From: Streblomastix strix
Taxonomy: Eukaryota
Length of the DNA stretch: 37,893 bases
NCBI GenBank assembly: GCA_008636045.1
Contig: SNRW01000034.1
Coordinates: 1-37,893 of the forward strand
Direction of reading: 5' to 3'
The notes under the pieces are model-generated. The model did not search any database, was not told where the DNA came from, and was given only the letters and a program-made list of their open reading frames with translations. Each line of letters begins with the position of its first letter. Positions within the stretch are counted from its first letter, which is position 1. Below, one piece after another: positions 10,596-22,063 of this stretch. The position numbers and the translations under genes were made by a program.

Positions 10596-13320
10596 TCATA
10601 TATATTCATTACCATCATTCTATATCTCTTACTTAACTTATTCTTTAATCTCATCAGCTTTTTCATCTAGCATATTTTCATAGATTGATATCATTTCTTC
10701 TTTCAATTAATACATCCGTATGCGTACTCCATCGGTCTATTTTTATTTTCTTTCACATATATTTTTGATCATTAATTAATAATTTTTTAATTTTATATCT
10801 TATAGTTTCCATCCTTCAACAATATTACATGCAACTCCTTCTCTAAATGATTTGAAATGACTAATTATTACATCATCTACTGGTAAGATTGATGCTTTTA
10901 TTATATCTTTCTTCGCTTATGTCATTGGAATATTTCTTGGATTAAATTATGAAATATCTCTAGTCATAAAGAATTTGAATAAGTTTTTAAAAAATCTTCA
11001 TCAAAACTATTGCAAAGATTAGAGAAGTAAGCTAGATCCCCTCGATGAACTGAATTGCATTTGCATACAATATAACGTCTATCACTATTCTCAATCTTTA
11101 ATGGAAAGATATTATTTGTAACATTTATTATATTCACAACATTCTCAACTTCATGCTTTGGAACATATTTCTCATTAATCACGAATGTGCTTTCAGTACT
11201 TATTGATTTTAATGCGTCCATATTTGACATTCTCGATTCTCCAAAATTCTTCATTTCATTAGCAATTGCCAACATCTTATTCTCAATAGCAGTATTGAAT
11301 TTACCTACAAAATCATCAATATCTGTGATATTCTTTGAAGAGTAACCTGCAAGTAATTCGCATAGAACGTTAGTGAATACATTCTTACCAATACCTTATA
11401 AACCTTGAAGTATAATTGAAGTTTCAGTCTTTTTTCCAATAATCTATACAATAAATGAAAACTAATTTAATAAATATTCATAAATCAATTCATCATTCGC
11501 TGCAATAATGTCTTTGATTAATCTTAGGAATTGTTCTATTTTTGTCTAATCAACTTCATCTAATTGCATATATTTGAATCCTTAGAATATACTGAATATA
11601 CCTTCATTGTTACTAATGAATTTCATGCCAATCTTCTCAAATAATGAATGATATTATTCTAATGCATCAATTGCTGTGATATGCTTCTTCCCATCTTACC
11701 AAAGTCTAATTGAACGTAATTAATCATAGATTGCTGTCTTAGATTTATATTTTATAGTATTTTTTCCAGCGATACAATCGTATTCTTTAATGATGAAGCA
11801 CCATCCATTTTAGCAAAGCACAACTTTAATTACTTTCAATAAATCTTATGCAACTAGCTCTAATTTATTTTCATATTTTCCATTTAATGCTTTGCTAGAT
11901 ACATCTATTAATGTGAAAGGATCTTTCAAGTCAATCTCATGCTTCTCAATCTATTACACTGTATCAGATATTTTCTATTATTTTTTCTCTTCATAATTCT
12001 GTTTCAATAATGGCTTAATTGTCTGTTCATAGTAATCTTTGTTATGGTATCTTAGGATTTTTGTAAGAATCCATGGATTCGGCTTATGTTCTCCATTAAA
12101 TGATGCTTCACCATAGTTCTTTTCAGCGTTTGCAGTTAGCTTATTGAATTATCGTATATTTTTCATTCCTTCAGCTCTAATCTATTCATTACTGATTCTA
12201 TAAATTCCTGAGAAAACACTTAGAAGTGATATTTCCATATTGATTGGTTATGGATAGTTATGTATCTCAAGGTTCTTCAATCCATTAACACATGCTTATG
12301 CAATTTCATCACTCATCTTATCAATGGTTCCTTCTTCTGTGATTTGCCAACCAAATTCTCTCATATTTACCTTGTCTACATAATCCTTAAACGGTATTTC
12401 AATATCAACATTCCAGCTATCTAAGATCTCTCTCAGACTCGCTAAATGTGTCATATTAGCCCAATCATTAATAGCTTCATATTTAAGTGCTTCTCTTTTA
12501 TTATTTTTTGTTTCTCGGAATGATGAGTTTGGACCAACTACTCGATTCTATACAAGTTCCTTTTGTTCCATTCCTCCATGTTCCTTATATTTAAACATCT
12601 ATCCAAATATATCAATCTCAATATTATCTAATACAATACATTTCACACATCGATTCGAAGGTAATGTATATCCATCTCTATTGCAATAAGCATGCAATCC
12701 TCCATGCGCAGTCTTAACTAAGCCTACATTAGCAGGAAGCATATTATCTATTATGTTTTATCTTATTTTATCAGTCTCTTCAATTGACAGTTTCTTATTA
12801 ATATCGAAATCAATCACGATAAATCACCATCTTCAACTAGAGTTAAATCAATTAATTTGCCTGTTACTTATTTTTTCTCACCTTCTTTTTAGCCTATTTT
12901 GGTATAATTTACGGTGTTAATAATAGCCTTCTTAACTCGTTCCATGATAGTTTTACTCACTGTTTCTTCTTTCATTTATACAGCAATTGGTATAAGTTTT
13001 TCTAAAATTTAATCCATTTCTATTTATTATTCTTATTTTTCCTATTCTTTTAACTTTTTCTAAGCAATGTCTTCAATTATATGTCTCGTAAATTCTTATT
13101 CTTCAACTTCTTTCTTTTACACATCAAATTCATCTTATTCACGTTTGATTCTCGCTAATTCTTAGTCCTCTAATAATTTATCCATTAATTCTTTAGCTTT
13201 ATCATCCGTTTTCGATTTGCGATTATATTACCTTTTTGGACCTTTCTCTAATGTAATATGTTTGATGTTTATGGATTCATTTGAGATTGTTTAGACGCTT
13301 GTGGATTCTTCTGTTGTCAT
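10596..13320 (-). pseudogene. Prim-Pol (AEP superfamily) + D5-like SF3 helicase, ~908 aa if two single-base frameshifts are corrected
   Basis: AEP motifs VIDFD, VKTAHGGLHAYC, IEIDIFG, RVVGPNS. Walker A IILQGLQGIGKN (second Q = TAA), Walker B MLAIANE, motif C NIINVTNN, DRRY. Frameshifts at ~12817 and ~10990. No introns. Confidence 0.9.
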
Positions 13321-13374
13321 TTTGGTTTCGGATAAAAAGTTGAAAAAGTTTCTTAAAACTAATTTTATTTAATT

Positions 13375-13450
13375 TATGGCATTATGTCCAATATGGCTGG
13401 AATCCAAGGTGTCAACTTATGACTCGGTGCACTCGGTTGACTCGGTGCAC
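13375..13450 (+). repeat. 76-bp direct repeat, copy 2 (upstream of the Prim-Pol/helicase gene)
   Basis: See copy 1; offset is exactly 2912 bp across the whole alignment. Confidence 0.9.
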
Positions 13451-14034
13451 ATGGACAATTCGCATCATTTCTCCACTCCATTAATCTTTTTCATTGTTCT
13501 TCATATTTAGCCATATCCAATAGTCCATCCATTCATTTTTAACATTATATTTGTGATCAGCGTTTGAACATTGACTTAGAGATCAATTTTCAAATGAATC
13601 AGAAAACATTTATTTTTCACTATATATTTTGATTTTTTATTGACTATATATTATTTTTAAAATATTTAAATAGGTCATTGAAATCTCATCAATTTTCTCA
13701 ATTTTTCATATCCCATTCATACTTTTCACTAAGGTTATATCACATACAAGGAATCCAAAAATGTTGTTTATTTGTGATTCTGGATCAATTGGTCACCTTC
13801 AATTTCTTCAATTATCCTTAATTTTTTATACCTATTTTCTCTATAAGATATTTTCTCATATTCATCCTTACGATTAATCATTTTTCATTCGTCATATATC
13901 ATTGAAAAACCTTGGAGATCCCCCATATTTTTTTGTACTGTTTCAGTATAAATGAACATAAAATCTCTAATATTTAAAAAATTCTCAAAAATAAAATAAT
14001 AGTATAAGATTGAACTCATAAATTAATTCCCAAG

Positions 14035-14348
14035 AGTAGTAGGCAAAAGAAACCCACTGCCCAATGTAATTTAACTCTAAAAATTAACTTATTGCGTTAG
14101 CGATCACCATAAATTATCACCATAAATCCTTCTCATTTTCTATTTTTCATCCATTTCACATCCGTAAATCATAACCGTAAATCATACCCGTAAATCACAT
14201 CCGTAAATCATTATTATTATTTATTTTTCACTCATTTCATCCATAAATTATTTTTGTTTTTCATCACGATTGATTATATCCACTATTGTTTTTCCGATAT
14301 TTTTAAGTTTTAATTCCATAGGGCAGTGGGTTTCTTTTGCCTACTACT
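14035..14348. mobile_element. 314-bp non-coding element with perfect 28-bp TIRs starting AGTAGT and internal 13-bp tandem repeats
   Basis: AGTAGTAGGCAAAAGAAACCCACTGCCC (14035-14062) and its exact reverse complement (14321-14348). Four CAYAHCCGTAAAT units at 14157-14208 and two ATCACCATAAAT units at 14103-14127. No TSD. Confidence 0.8.
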
Positions 14349-14880
14349 GATGATGAGTATAAAATCCAATCAACTATTCTAAAGACTCTCCAAAGAATCG
14401 CAGAATTCAAAATCTGCAAAATCCCTGATGAGAGATTCTGCTCTCTGCGTTGGTTCAAGTTATGGTTCGCTGACCGAGAACCAAATGTCTGAAATAAAGC
14501 CCAAGAACTCTGGATGGTCAGCCATGTAGAGAAGTATATCCAGGCTGATTATATTAGCAAAGCCATAAGGGCAGTAAAATAGTCTGCCGGCATTATCTGG
14601 ACAAACTCTGTCAATTCCATTAGATCTGCCGCAATAACCAAACTCTTAAAATATAATATCTGTAGTGTTTAAATTGATTGATTCGCACTCCACTCTGATA
14701 CCGCCTACATAGAAAAGCAATACTATGACAAGAACAGCATTATGGGAGGTAAAATAGTGCTTAGCGGAACTGAGGAGGAACTTGATAACGATGAAGATGA
14801 AGAACAGGAGAGAACACTACTAGAAGAGATAGAATTGAATAGATTCAATATCGAGTAGAGAATACAAAGCCATTTTGGAG
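14349..14880 (+). pseudogene. Tyrosine recombinase C-terminal remnant (DIRS/Ngaro-like)
   Basis: DERFCSLRWFKLW...SKAIRAVKQSAGI...NSIRSAAITKLLK...QID*FALHSDT...KQYYDKN matches the (H)xxR, H/W and Y boxes. Two in-frame TGA codons; acidic tail. Confidence 0.7.
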
Positions 14881-15830
14881 TTCTTTCCTCTTGCCTGAAC
14901 CACTTTGAGTTTTCAAAACACCACAGTAGTACTAACGTTACCTAACCATTGAAATCCTTTGGGACAGAGCATTTATTAATTTTTTTTGTGGTTTTCCAAG
15001 ATTAAAACTAATTAAAAAGATCAATAAAAGGCTCAATAAGATTCATCGGATGCTGAAGAAAAAGCCAGACTCTAAGATCCTTCCAATATTTGGAGAGTCA
15101 ATAAAAAATCGAAGAGCATGCTTTCTCTGTAGGGGTAGTTTATGACTCGGATAAATATAAACAATCTTCCGGAATAGATATTAGCTCTTCGTTCGCTCCA
15201 CCACACTAAGACGTTTCCATCCTTGGGAAATTGGAAAAAAAGGAGAGTGTTCCCAGTTATATGAGTTCTATAAAAAATGCCAGTCGATGCGACAGATAGT
15301 CAAAACATGAAAAAATAAATCGATTGATGTTTCAAACGTTGATTGTCATCCCCGATTTCCTCCCCTAATATACATCATATCTTAATTTAAAGAAAAATCA
15401 CTCTTTGAAATATACCCCTCTTTAGTATACCCTAAATTTGTCATGAACAACAAAAACTTTTGGCTTAGGCTTAAAAACGATTTTTTGTTTTTATAAAATC
15501 CAAATAATGCACCATACATTGTATGCGTTGTGGTACAACTTACATTTTACAAACATTTATAACCGTTAAGTTAATATTTCATATAATACAAACTGTATAA
15601 CTTTGACATGTGCACTATTTGATTTTCTTCATTTTCTAGTCAACATAGGGATAATTTTAATTACAAAATTAGATTTCGTCCATCAAATTTACATACAAAC
15701 TATATACATAAATTTTCAACTCTAGAATATAAAAGATCAAACTGTAACTAATTTTATTTTTTTTTAAAAAATAAAATTCCAAATTTTTCCATTATACAAT
15801 CATCTTTTATTATATCGTATTCATGTATAT

Positions 15831-16763
15831 TCATCTAGAACTGCAGGCGCAGCAATAGCAAGGCTTTTCATCATGAATATCGTGAGTATGTGATTTGAAC
15901 GGAGAATTTGGACCAATTGGACCTACACTATCCTTAGGTCGATATCTTAAAATTGGATCGTCAAATACACCTCCTGTGCCTGGATAATCGCGCTAATACG
16001 TTGAATCTTTGTCTTTTAGTGGTCCTGTTTCGATAGGCTTTTGAAAATCGCGGACACGCGCTGGATAGTCGTCTTAGTTTGGAGGCTTGTATGATCTGCC
16101 AACTGTCGTACTGTGATCAGTTGGTGGGCTGTTCAGGGGATGTACTGGCTAGTGGTATTGAACAGCTGGATCTGTAGGATCGCCCAAGTAATGAGTTTTA
16201 TACTCAGTATCATAAGATTCACCTGGGGTAGGCCTCCATGAAGCTTCGCTTATACCAGGTCCATGATCATACAAATCTTCTGAAGGAGGTACATATGTCT
16301 TGTTATTTGTTGTATCCCATACTCCTGGACCTGTCTTTGGAGGAAGACGAATTGCTCTTACTCTTTCAGGATAGGCATCTTCTGGTGGTGATTGATAAGA
16401 CCTTGTAAAAGTAGTACCTGGTTCAATCGGTTATCCATATGTCCAACCTTTGCTCTTTGGTGTGTGATCAAGATCAGCTTTCTTTGGTGTATATTCTCTC
16501 TATACCTCTGTGTCAAGTGGAGCAACACCTGGCTGAAGTCCAAGATTAGGTTCTTGCTTCCATGGCTTTCCTGTTAACAGTGAATTAGGGTCCATAGGTA
16601 CATGATAGCCACGATTTGTTGTGTTGAATGAGTCTGGTTCAAATGGAAGTGACTTTTTAGGAGATTTTTCTTTTTTGCCATGGCATGCACAATCACAATT
16701 ATGAGCACATGAGCATGGTATAAACGGCCCTCCTGCTGCTAACCTCACACAGCTCTTTACCAT
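15831..16763 (-). CDS. SAXO/STOP-like (Mn-repeat) axonemal microtubule-associated protein, 310 aa, intronless (mirror copy)
   Basis: Cys-rich N-terminus CSCAHNCDCACH; about 7 Mn-like motifs (DTEVQREY, TTFTRSY, DTTNNKTY, DTEYKTHY, STTVGRSY, STYQRDY) in Pro-rich spacers; Cys-rich C-terminus CYCCAC. Confidence 0.7.
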
Positions 16764-17344
16764 GTATTAATCTATAAATGGTAAACAATATATAAAATGA
16801 GTTCAATAATTTCTTGTAAAGATAATAATGATGAAAAATGTTGGTACAGAGAATATATCATTGAAAATTAGGAAGTTTCAATGTCAGTGGCTGCGAAATA
16901 TCGATTTTATCAAGAAAAAATATTATTTACGAAACATGGCAAGTTGTTTATATACATCAATTTTATAGTTACCTACAAATAAATTGTGGAATTATATTAA
17001 TGATAAAATATAAAATATGTATAAAAAATAGCTGTATGACAAAAAAATATATATTTATTTAAAGTCAGCATTTTTTGGCTGTGCAGCTAGTAATATTGTT
17101 TGAAACGTATGAATATTAATTAGCTTATAAGCATGGAAGGGAATAATACATTCTATTTACTCCCGGACACTTCAACTTTAGCACAAATCGAGCCAAACTG
17201 TTTGATTGAGTGAAAACAGTGCAAATCGATTTTTGATAATTTTATTATATATGATTAAAGATTTTATTCGGCTTGATATGTGATAATATAAACAGAAACA
17301 ATTTTCTACAATCTGAGTGGAGTTAAAGACTTTCGGAATTGATC

Positions 17345-18794
17345 TCATTTGAGTTCTTCTAGTAGAGCTTTTGCCTGCAAAGTGACTTCGTCATCCTCTC
17401 CTTGTGAATCCTTTTCGTCATCCACTTCACCTGGTTTCAATTATTTCTTAGCAGATGACTTCGTAGGAGGTGGAACAGCAAGAGCGCGCAGTGCAGAGAG
17501 AGGAATAGCTCTTCGTATCTGAGATCGTGTGTCATTCTGAGATGTTTAACCAAATGTTGCGATGGTTCCAACCATACCGGCCTTGATCATTGTAACGAGG
17601 AGAAGAAGGGTGAAGTGGACGGCGCCTTTCGGATGGCGACTTCGCAGATTACTGACGAGGAATTACAAATAGTTATCACGAAGGATGTTTGAATGGTTGG
17701 CTGTGTTTAATACAAATAAAATATGCACATAAATACATTAAGATTGAAAGATAATCACACATTCTTTCCCAGCAAGATATACAAGAGTACCGATTGAATT
17801 CCATGCATTAGCTGTGAGTTGAGCTGAAATCAATAAATAAATAAAAAATAAAATAAAACTATTAATTATTTCTCTCAAACCACCCCCTGATTATCCCTTT
17901 TCAGTTTCCTACGATGATGTTTTTAGGTAATCAATTATAGGAGAGAATTTGAGGGGTAGGATTCGAGCTCGGAAAAGTCGACCTATTAATTTTTTTTAAA
18001 AGATAAGTAATGAATTAATAAATATTTAATAGAAATCATACCTATACAAACTGCGCAGTTCCTCTCTGTCAATTTATCACGGGTGTGTGTGTAAATATCA
18101 AAGAGTCGATCTATTCCACCACACGTATCCATTTCCTGGAAAATAAACATTAAATAACAAAAATGAAGTAAGAATTTTGTTATTAGATAATTATTTATAT
18201 TTGTAAAAATAACTCACAAATAATATAATTAAACAAACATTGAAATATGGATGTGGTCTCAGATAAGCTAAATAACTGTTCTGACTCATCATTACAGTGT
18301 TTGAACCTTTTGCATTTGGATCAGGTTGAATAGGACCTGTTGTTGAATTTCGTGAAGAAAGTTGATTTTAAAGCCCTCTTTATAATGAAGCTGAATTTGA
18401 TCCAGCGAATTTATCAAAAGACATATTAGAGAGTGTGGATGTTTTAGCCATTATTGTTGCATTAGCGGTTCGTCTGGCACCTCCGAGAACCAAGTTGTTA
18501 AGAGCGATAACAGCATCATTCTAAATTGTTGGATCTGGATGGGATAGCATTCTACAGAGCGAGGGTAAGACATGGTGTTATACAAGTTCATCTCGTTAAT
18601 TGTCATTTGCTGGAAAATGTTAAATAGTGATGTTAAAAGTAAAATAAATAACAAAAATAATTATAAATAGTTTCATATTCATAAATATTAATATCATACC
18701 ACCAACAGTCAGTCTTGCAATCACCGACAAATGAACTCGTTTCAGAACAGAGAGATCATCTTGGAGCGCAGTGCATAGGGCAGATACAACTCGT
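17345..18794 (-). CDS. ARM-repeat protein, fold-back copy lacking the spacer exon
   Basis: Mirror of 19100-20549. Confidence 0.7.
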
Positions 18795-18887
18795 CTAAAT
18801 AATAAAAATATAAATGGTTAAAATCAGAATATATACAACAATATAGATTATTTCTCAAATGATCCAAATCATAATTCTAAAATAAAT

Positions 18888-19006
18888 ATATTATTTCTAT
18901 TTAATGTATTTCAATTTTTAACTAGGTTATCTGTCGGACAATGGATTCTATCCTTAAAGACAACAAAGAAGGAATCCCATTCGCTATAAACAGGTATGAA
19001 ATAATA
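18888..19006 (+). other. 119-bp non-palindromic spacer containing an intron 3' end, exon 18926-18993 and a donor site
   Basis: ...TTTTTAACTAG|GTTATCTGTCGG...ATAAACAG|GTATGA. The exon reads VICRTMDSILKDNKEGIPFAINR and splices in frame to the exon at 19100. Confidence 0.85.
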
Positions 19007-20549
19007 ATTTATTTTAGAATTATGATTTGGATCATTTGAGAAATAATCTATATTGTTGTATATATTCTGATTTTAACCATTTATATTTTTATTATTTAGA
19101 CGAGTTGTATCTGCCCTATGCACTGCGCTCCAAGATGATCTCTCTGTTCTGAAACGAGTTCATTTGTCGGTGATTGCAAGACTGACTGTTGGTGGTATGA
19201 TATTAATATTTATGAATATGAAACTATTTATAATTATTTTTGTTATTTATTTTACTTTTAACATCACTATTTAACATTTTCCAGCAAATGACAATTAACG
19301 AGATGAACTTGTATAACACCATGTCTTACCCTCGCTCTGTAGAATGCTATCCCATCCAGATCCAACAATTTAGAATGATGCTGTTATCGCTCTTAACAAC
19401 TTGGTTCTCGGAGGTGCCAGACGAACCGCTAATGCAACAATAATGGCTAAAACATCCACACTCTCTAATATGTCTTTTGATAAATTCGCTGGATCAAATT
19501 CAGCTTCATTATAAAGAGGGCTTTAAAATCAACTTTCTTCACGAAATTCAACAACAGGTCCTATTCAACCTGATCCAAATGCAAAAGGTTCAAACACTGT
19601 AATGATGAGTCAGAACAGTTATTTAGCTTATCTGAGACCACATCCATATTTCAATGTTTGTTTAATTATATTATTTGTGAGTTATTTTTACAAATATAAA
19701 TAATTATCTAATAACAAAATTCTTACTTCATTTTTGTTATTTAATGTTTATTTTCCAGGAAATGGATACGTGTGGTGGAATAGATCGACTCTTTGATATT
19801 TACACACACACCCGTGATAAATTGACAGAGAGGAACTGCGCAGTTTGTATAGGTATGATTTCTATTAAATATTTATTAATTCATTACTTATCTTTTAAAA
19901 AAAATTAATAGGTCGACTTTTCCGAGCTCGAATCCTACCCCTCAAATTCTCTCCTATAATTGATTACCTAAAAACATCATCGTAGGAAACTGAAAAGGGA
20001 TAATCAGGGGGTGGTTTGAGAGAAATAATTAATAGTTTTATTTTATTTTTTATTTATTTATTGATTTCAGCTCAACTCACAGCTAATGCATGGAATTCAA
20101 TCGGTACTCTTGTATATCTTGCTGGGAAAGAATGTGTGATTATCTTTCAATCTTAATGTATTTATGTGCATATTTTATTTGTATTAAACACAGCCAACCA
20201 TTCAAACATCCTTCGTGATAACTATTTGTAATTCCTCGTCAGTAATCTGCGAAGTCGCCATCCGAAAGGCGCCGTCCACTTCACCCTTCTTCTCCTCGTT
20301 ACAATGATCAAGGCCGGTATGGTTGGAACCATCGCAACATTTGGTTAAACATCTCAGAATGACACACGATCTCAGATACGAAGAGCTATTCCTCTCTCTG
20401 CACTGCGCGCTCTTGCTGTTCCACCTCCTACGAAGTCATCTGCTAAGAAATAATTGAAACCAGGTGAAGTGGATGACGAAAAGGATTCACAAGGAGAGGA
20501 TGACGAAGTCACTTTGCAGGCAAAAGCTCTACTAGAAGAACTCAAATGA
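18926..20549 (+). CDS. ARM-repeat protein, 5'-truncated; exons 18926-18993, 19100-19194, 19285-19655, 19759-19852, 19912-20013, 20071-20133, 20194-20549
   Basis: All junctions are GT-AG and in frame under code 6. ARM-like LVQHHVLPSLCRMLSHPDPTIQNDAVIALNNL and HPYFNEMDTCGGIDRLFDIY...CAVCIGRLFRAR. Ends at TGA 20547-20549. Confidence 0.8.
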
Positions 20550-21130
20550 GATCAATTCCGAAAGTCTTTAACTCCACTCAGATTGTAGAAAATTGTTTCT
20601 GTTTATATTATCACATATCAAGCCGAATAAAATCTTTAATCATATATAATAAAATTATCAAAAATCGATTTGCACTGTTTTCACTCAATCAAACAGTTTG
20701 GCTCGATTTGTGCTAAAGTTGAAGTGTCCGGGAGTAAATAGAATGTATTATTCCCTTCCATGCTTATAAGCTAATTAATATTCATACGTTTCAAACAATA
20801 TTACTAGCTGCACAGCCAAAAAATGCTGACTTTAAATAAATATATATTTTTTTGTCATACAGCTATTTTTTATACATATTTTATATTTTATCATTAATAT
20901 AATTCCACAATTTATTTGTAGGTAACTATAAAATTGATGTATATAAACAACTTGCCATGTTTCGTAAATAATATTTTTTCTTGATAAAATCGATATTTCG
21001 CAGCCACTGACATTGAAACTTCCTAATTTTCAATGATATATTCTCTGTACCAACATTTTTCATCATTATTATCTTTACAAGAAATTATTGAACTCATTTT
21101 ATATATTGTTTACCATTTATAGATTAATAC

Positions 21131-22063
21131 ATGGTAAAGAGCTGTGTGAGGTTAGCAGCAGGAGGGCCGTTTATACCATGCTCATGTGCTCATAATTGTG
21201 ATTGTGCATGCCATGGCAAAAAAGAAAAATCTCCTAAAAAGTCACTTCCATTTGAACCAGACTCATTCAACACAACAAATCGTGGCTATCATGTACCTAT
21301 GGACCCTAATTCACTGTTAACAGGAAAGCCATGGAAGCAAGAACCTAATCTTGGACTTCAGCCAGGTGTTGCTCCACTTGACACAGAGGTATAGAGAGAA
21401 TATACACCAAAGAAAGCTGATCTTGATCACACACCAAAGAGCAAAGGTTGGACATATGGATAACCGATTGAACCAGGTACTACTTTTACAAGGTCTTATC
21501 AATCACCACCAGAAGATGCCTATCCTGAAAGAGTAAGAGCAATTCGTCTTCCTCCAAAGACAGGTCCAGGAGTATGGGATACAACAAATAACAAGACATA
21601 TGTACCTCCTTCAGAAGATTTGTATGATCATGGACCTGGTATAAGCGAAGCTTCATGGAGGCCTACCCCAGGTGAATCTTATGATACTGAGTATAAAACT
21701 CATTACTTGGGCGATCCTACAGATCCAGCTGTTCAATACCACTAGCCAGTACATCCCCTGAACAGCCCACCAACTGATCACAGTACGACAGTTGGCAGAT
21801 CATACAAGCCTCCAAACTAAGACGACTATCCAGCGCGTGTCCGCGATTTTCAAAAGCCTATCGAAACAGGACCACTAAAAGACAAAGATTCAACGTATTA
21901 GCGCGATTATCCAGGCACAGGAGGTGTATTTGACGATCCAATTTTAAGATATCGACCTAAGGATAGTGTAGGTCCAATTGGTCCAAATTCTCCGTTCAAA
22001 TCACATACTCACGATATTCATGATGAAAAGCCTTGCTATTGCTGCGCCTGCAGTTCTAGATGA
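21131..22063 (+). CDS. SAXO/STOP-like (Mn-repeat) protein, 310 aa
   Basis: ATG 21131 to TGA 22061-22063, reading TAG/TAA as Gln; motifs as in the mirror copy. Confidence 0.7.

Larger units (their letters stand above)
1..18887. repeat. Left arm of giant inverted repeat (reverse complement of 19007-37893)
   Basis: Window starts ATTTTACTAG and ends CTAGTAAAAT. Every ORF in the track has an exact mirror at 37894-x. Pairing checked base by base near the centre holds to 18887/19007 and fails at 18888/19006. 2x18887+119=37893. Confidence 0.97.

Noticed and set aside
14157..14208. CRISPR-like array (also the 9-bp arrays)
   Set aside because: Units are 9-13 bp and directly adjacent with no unique spacers; no cas genes; eukaryotic context.
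15340..15830. C-rich patches (ATATACCCCTC...GTATACCCTAAA) as telomeric repeat or transposon end
   Set aside because: No tandem periodicity and no matching partner end found.
1..18887. rRNA or tRNA genes
   Set aside because: No recognisable conserved rRNA blocks or cloverleaf with a T-loop by eye; tRNAscan-SE or Infernal would be needed to exclude them.
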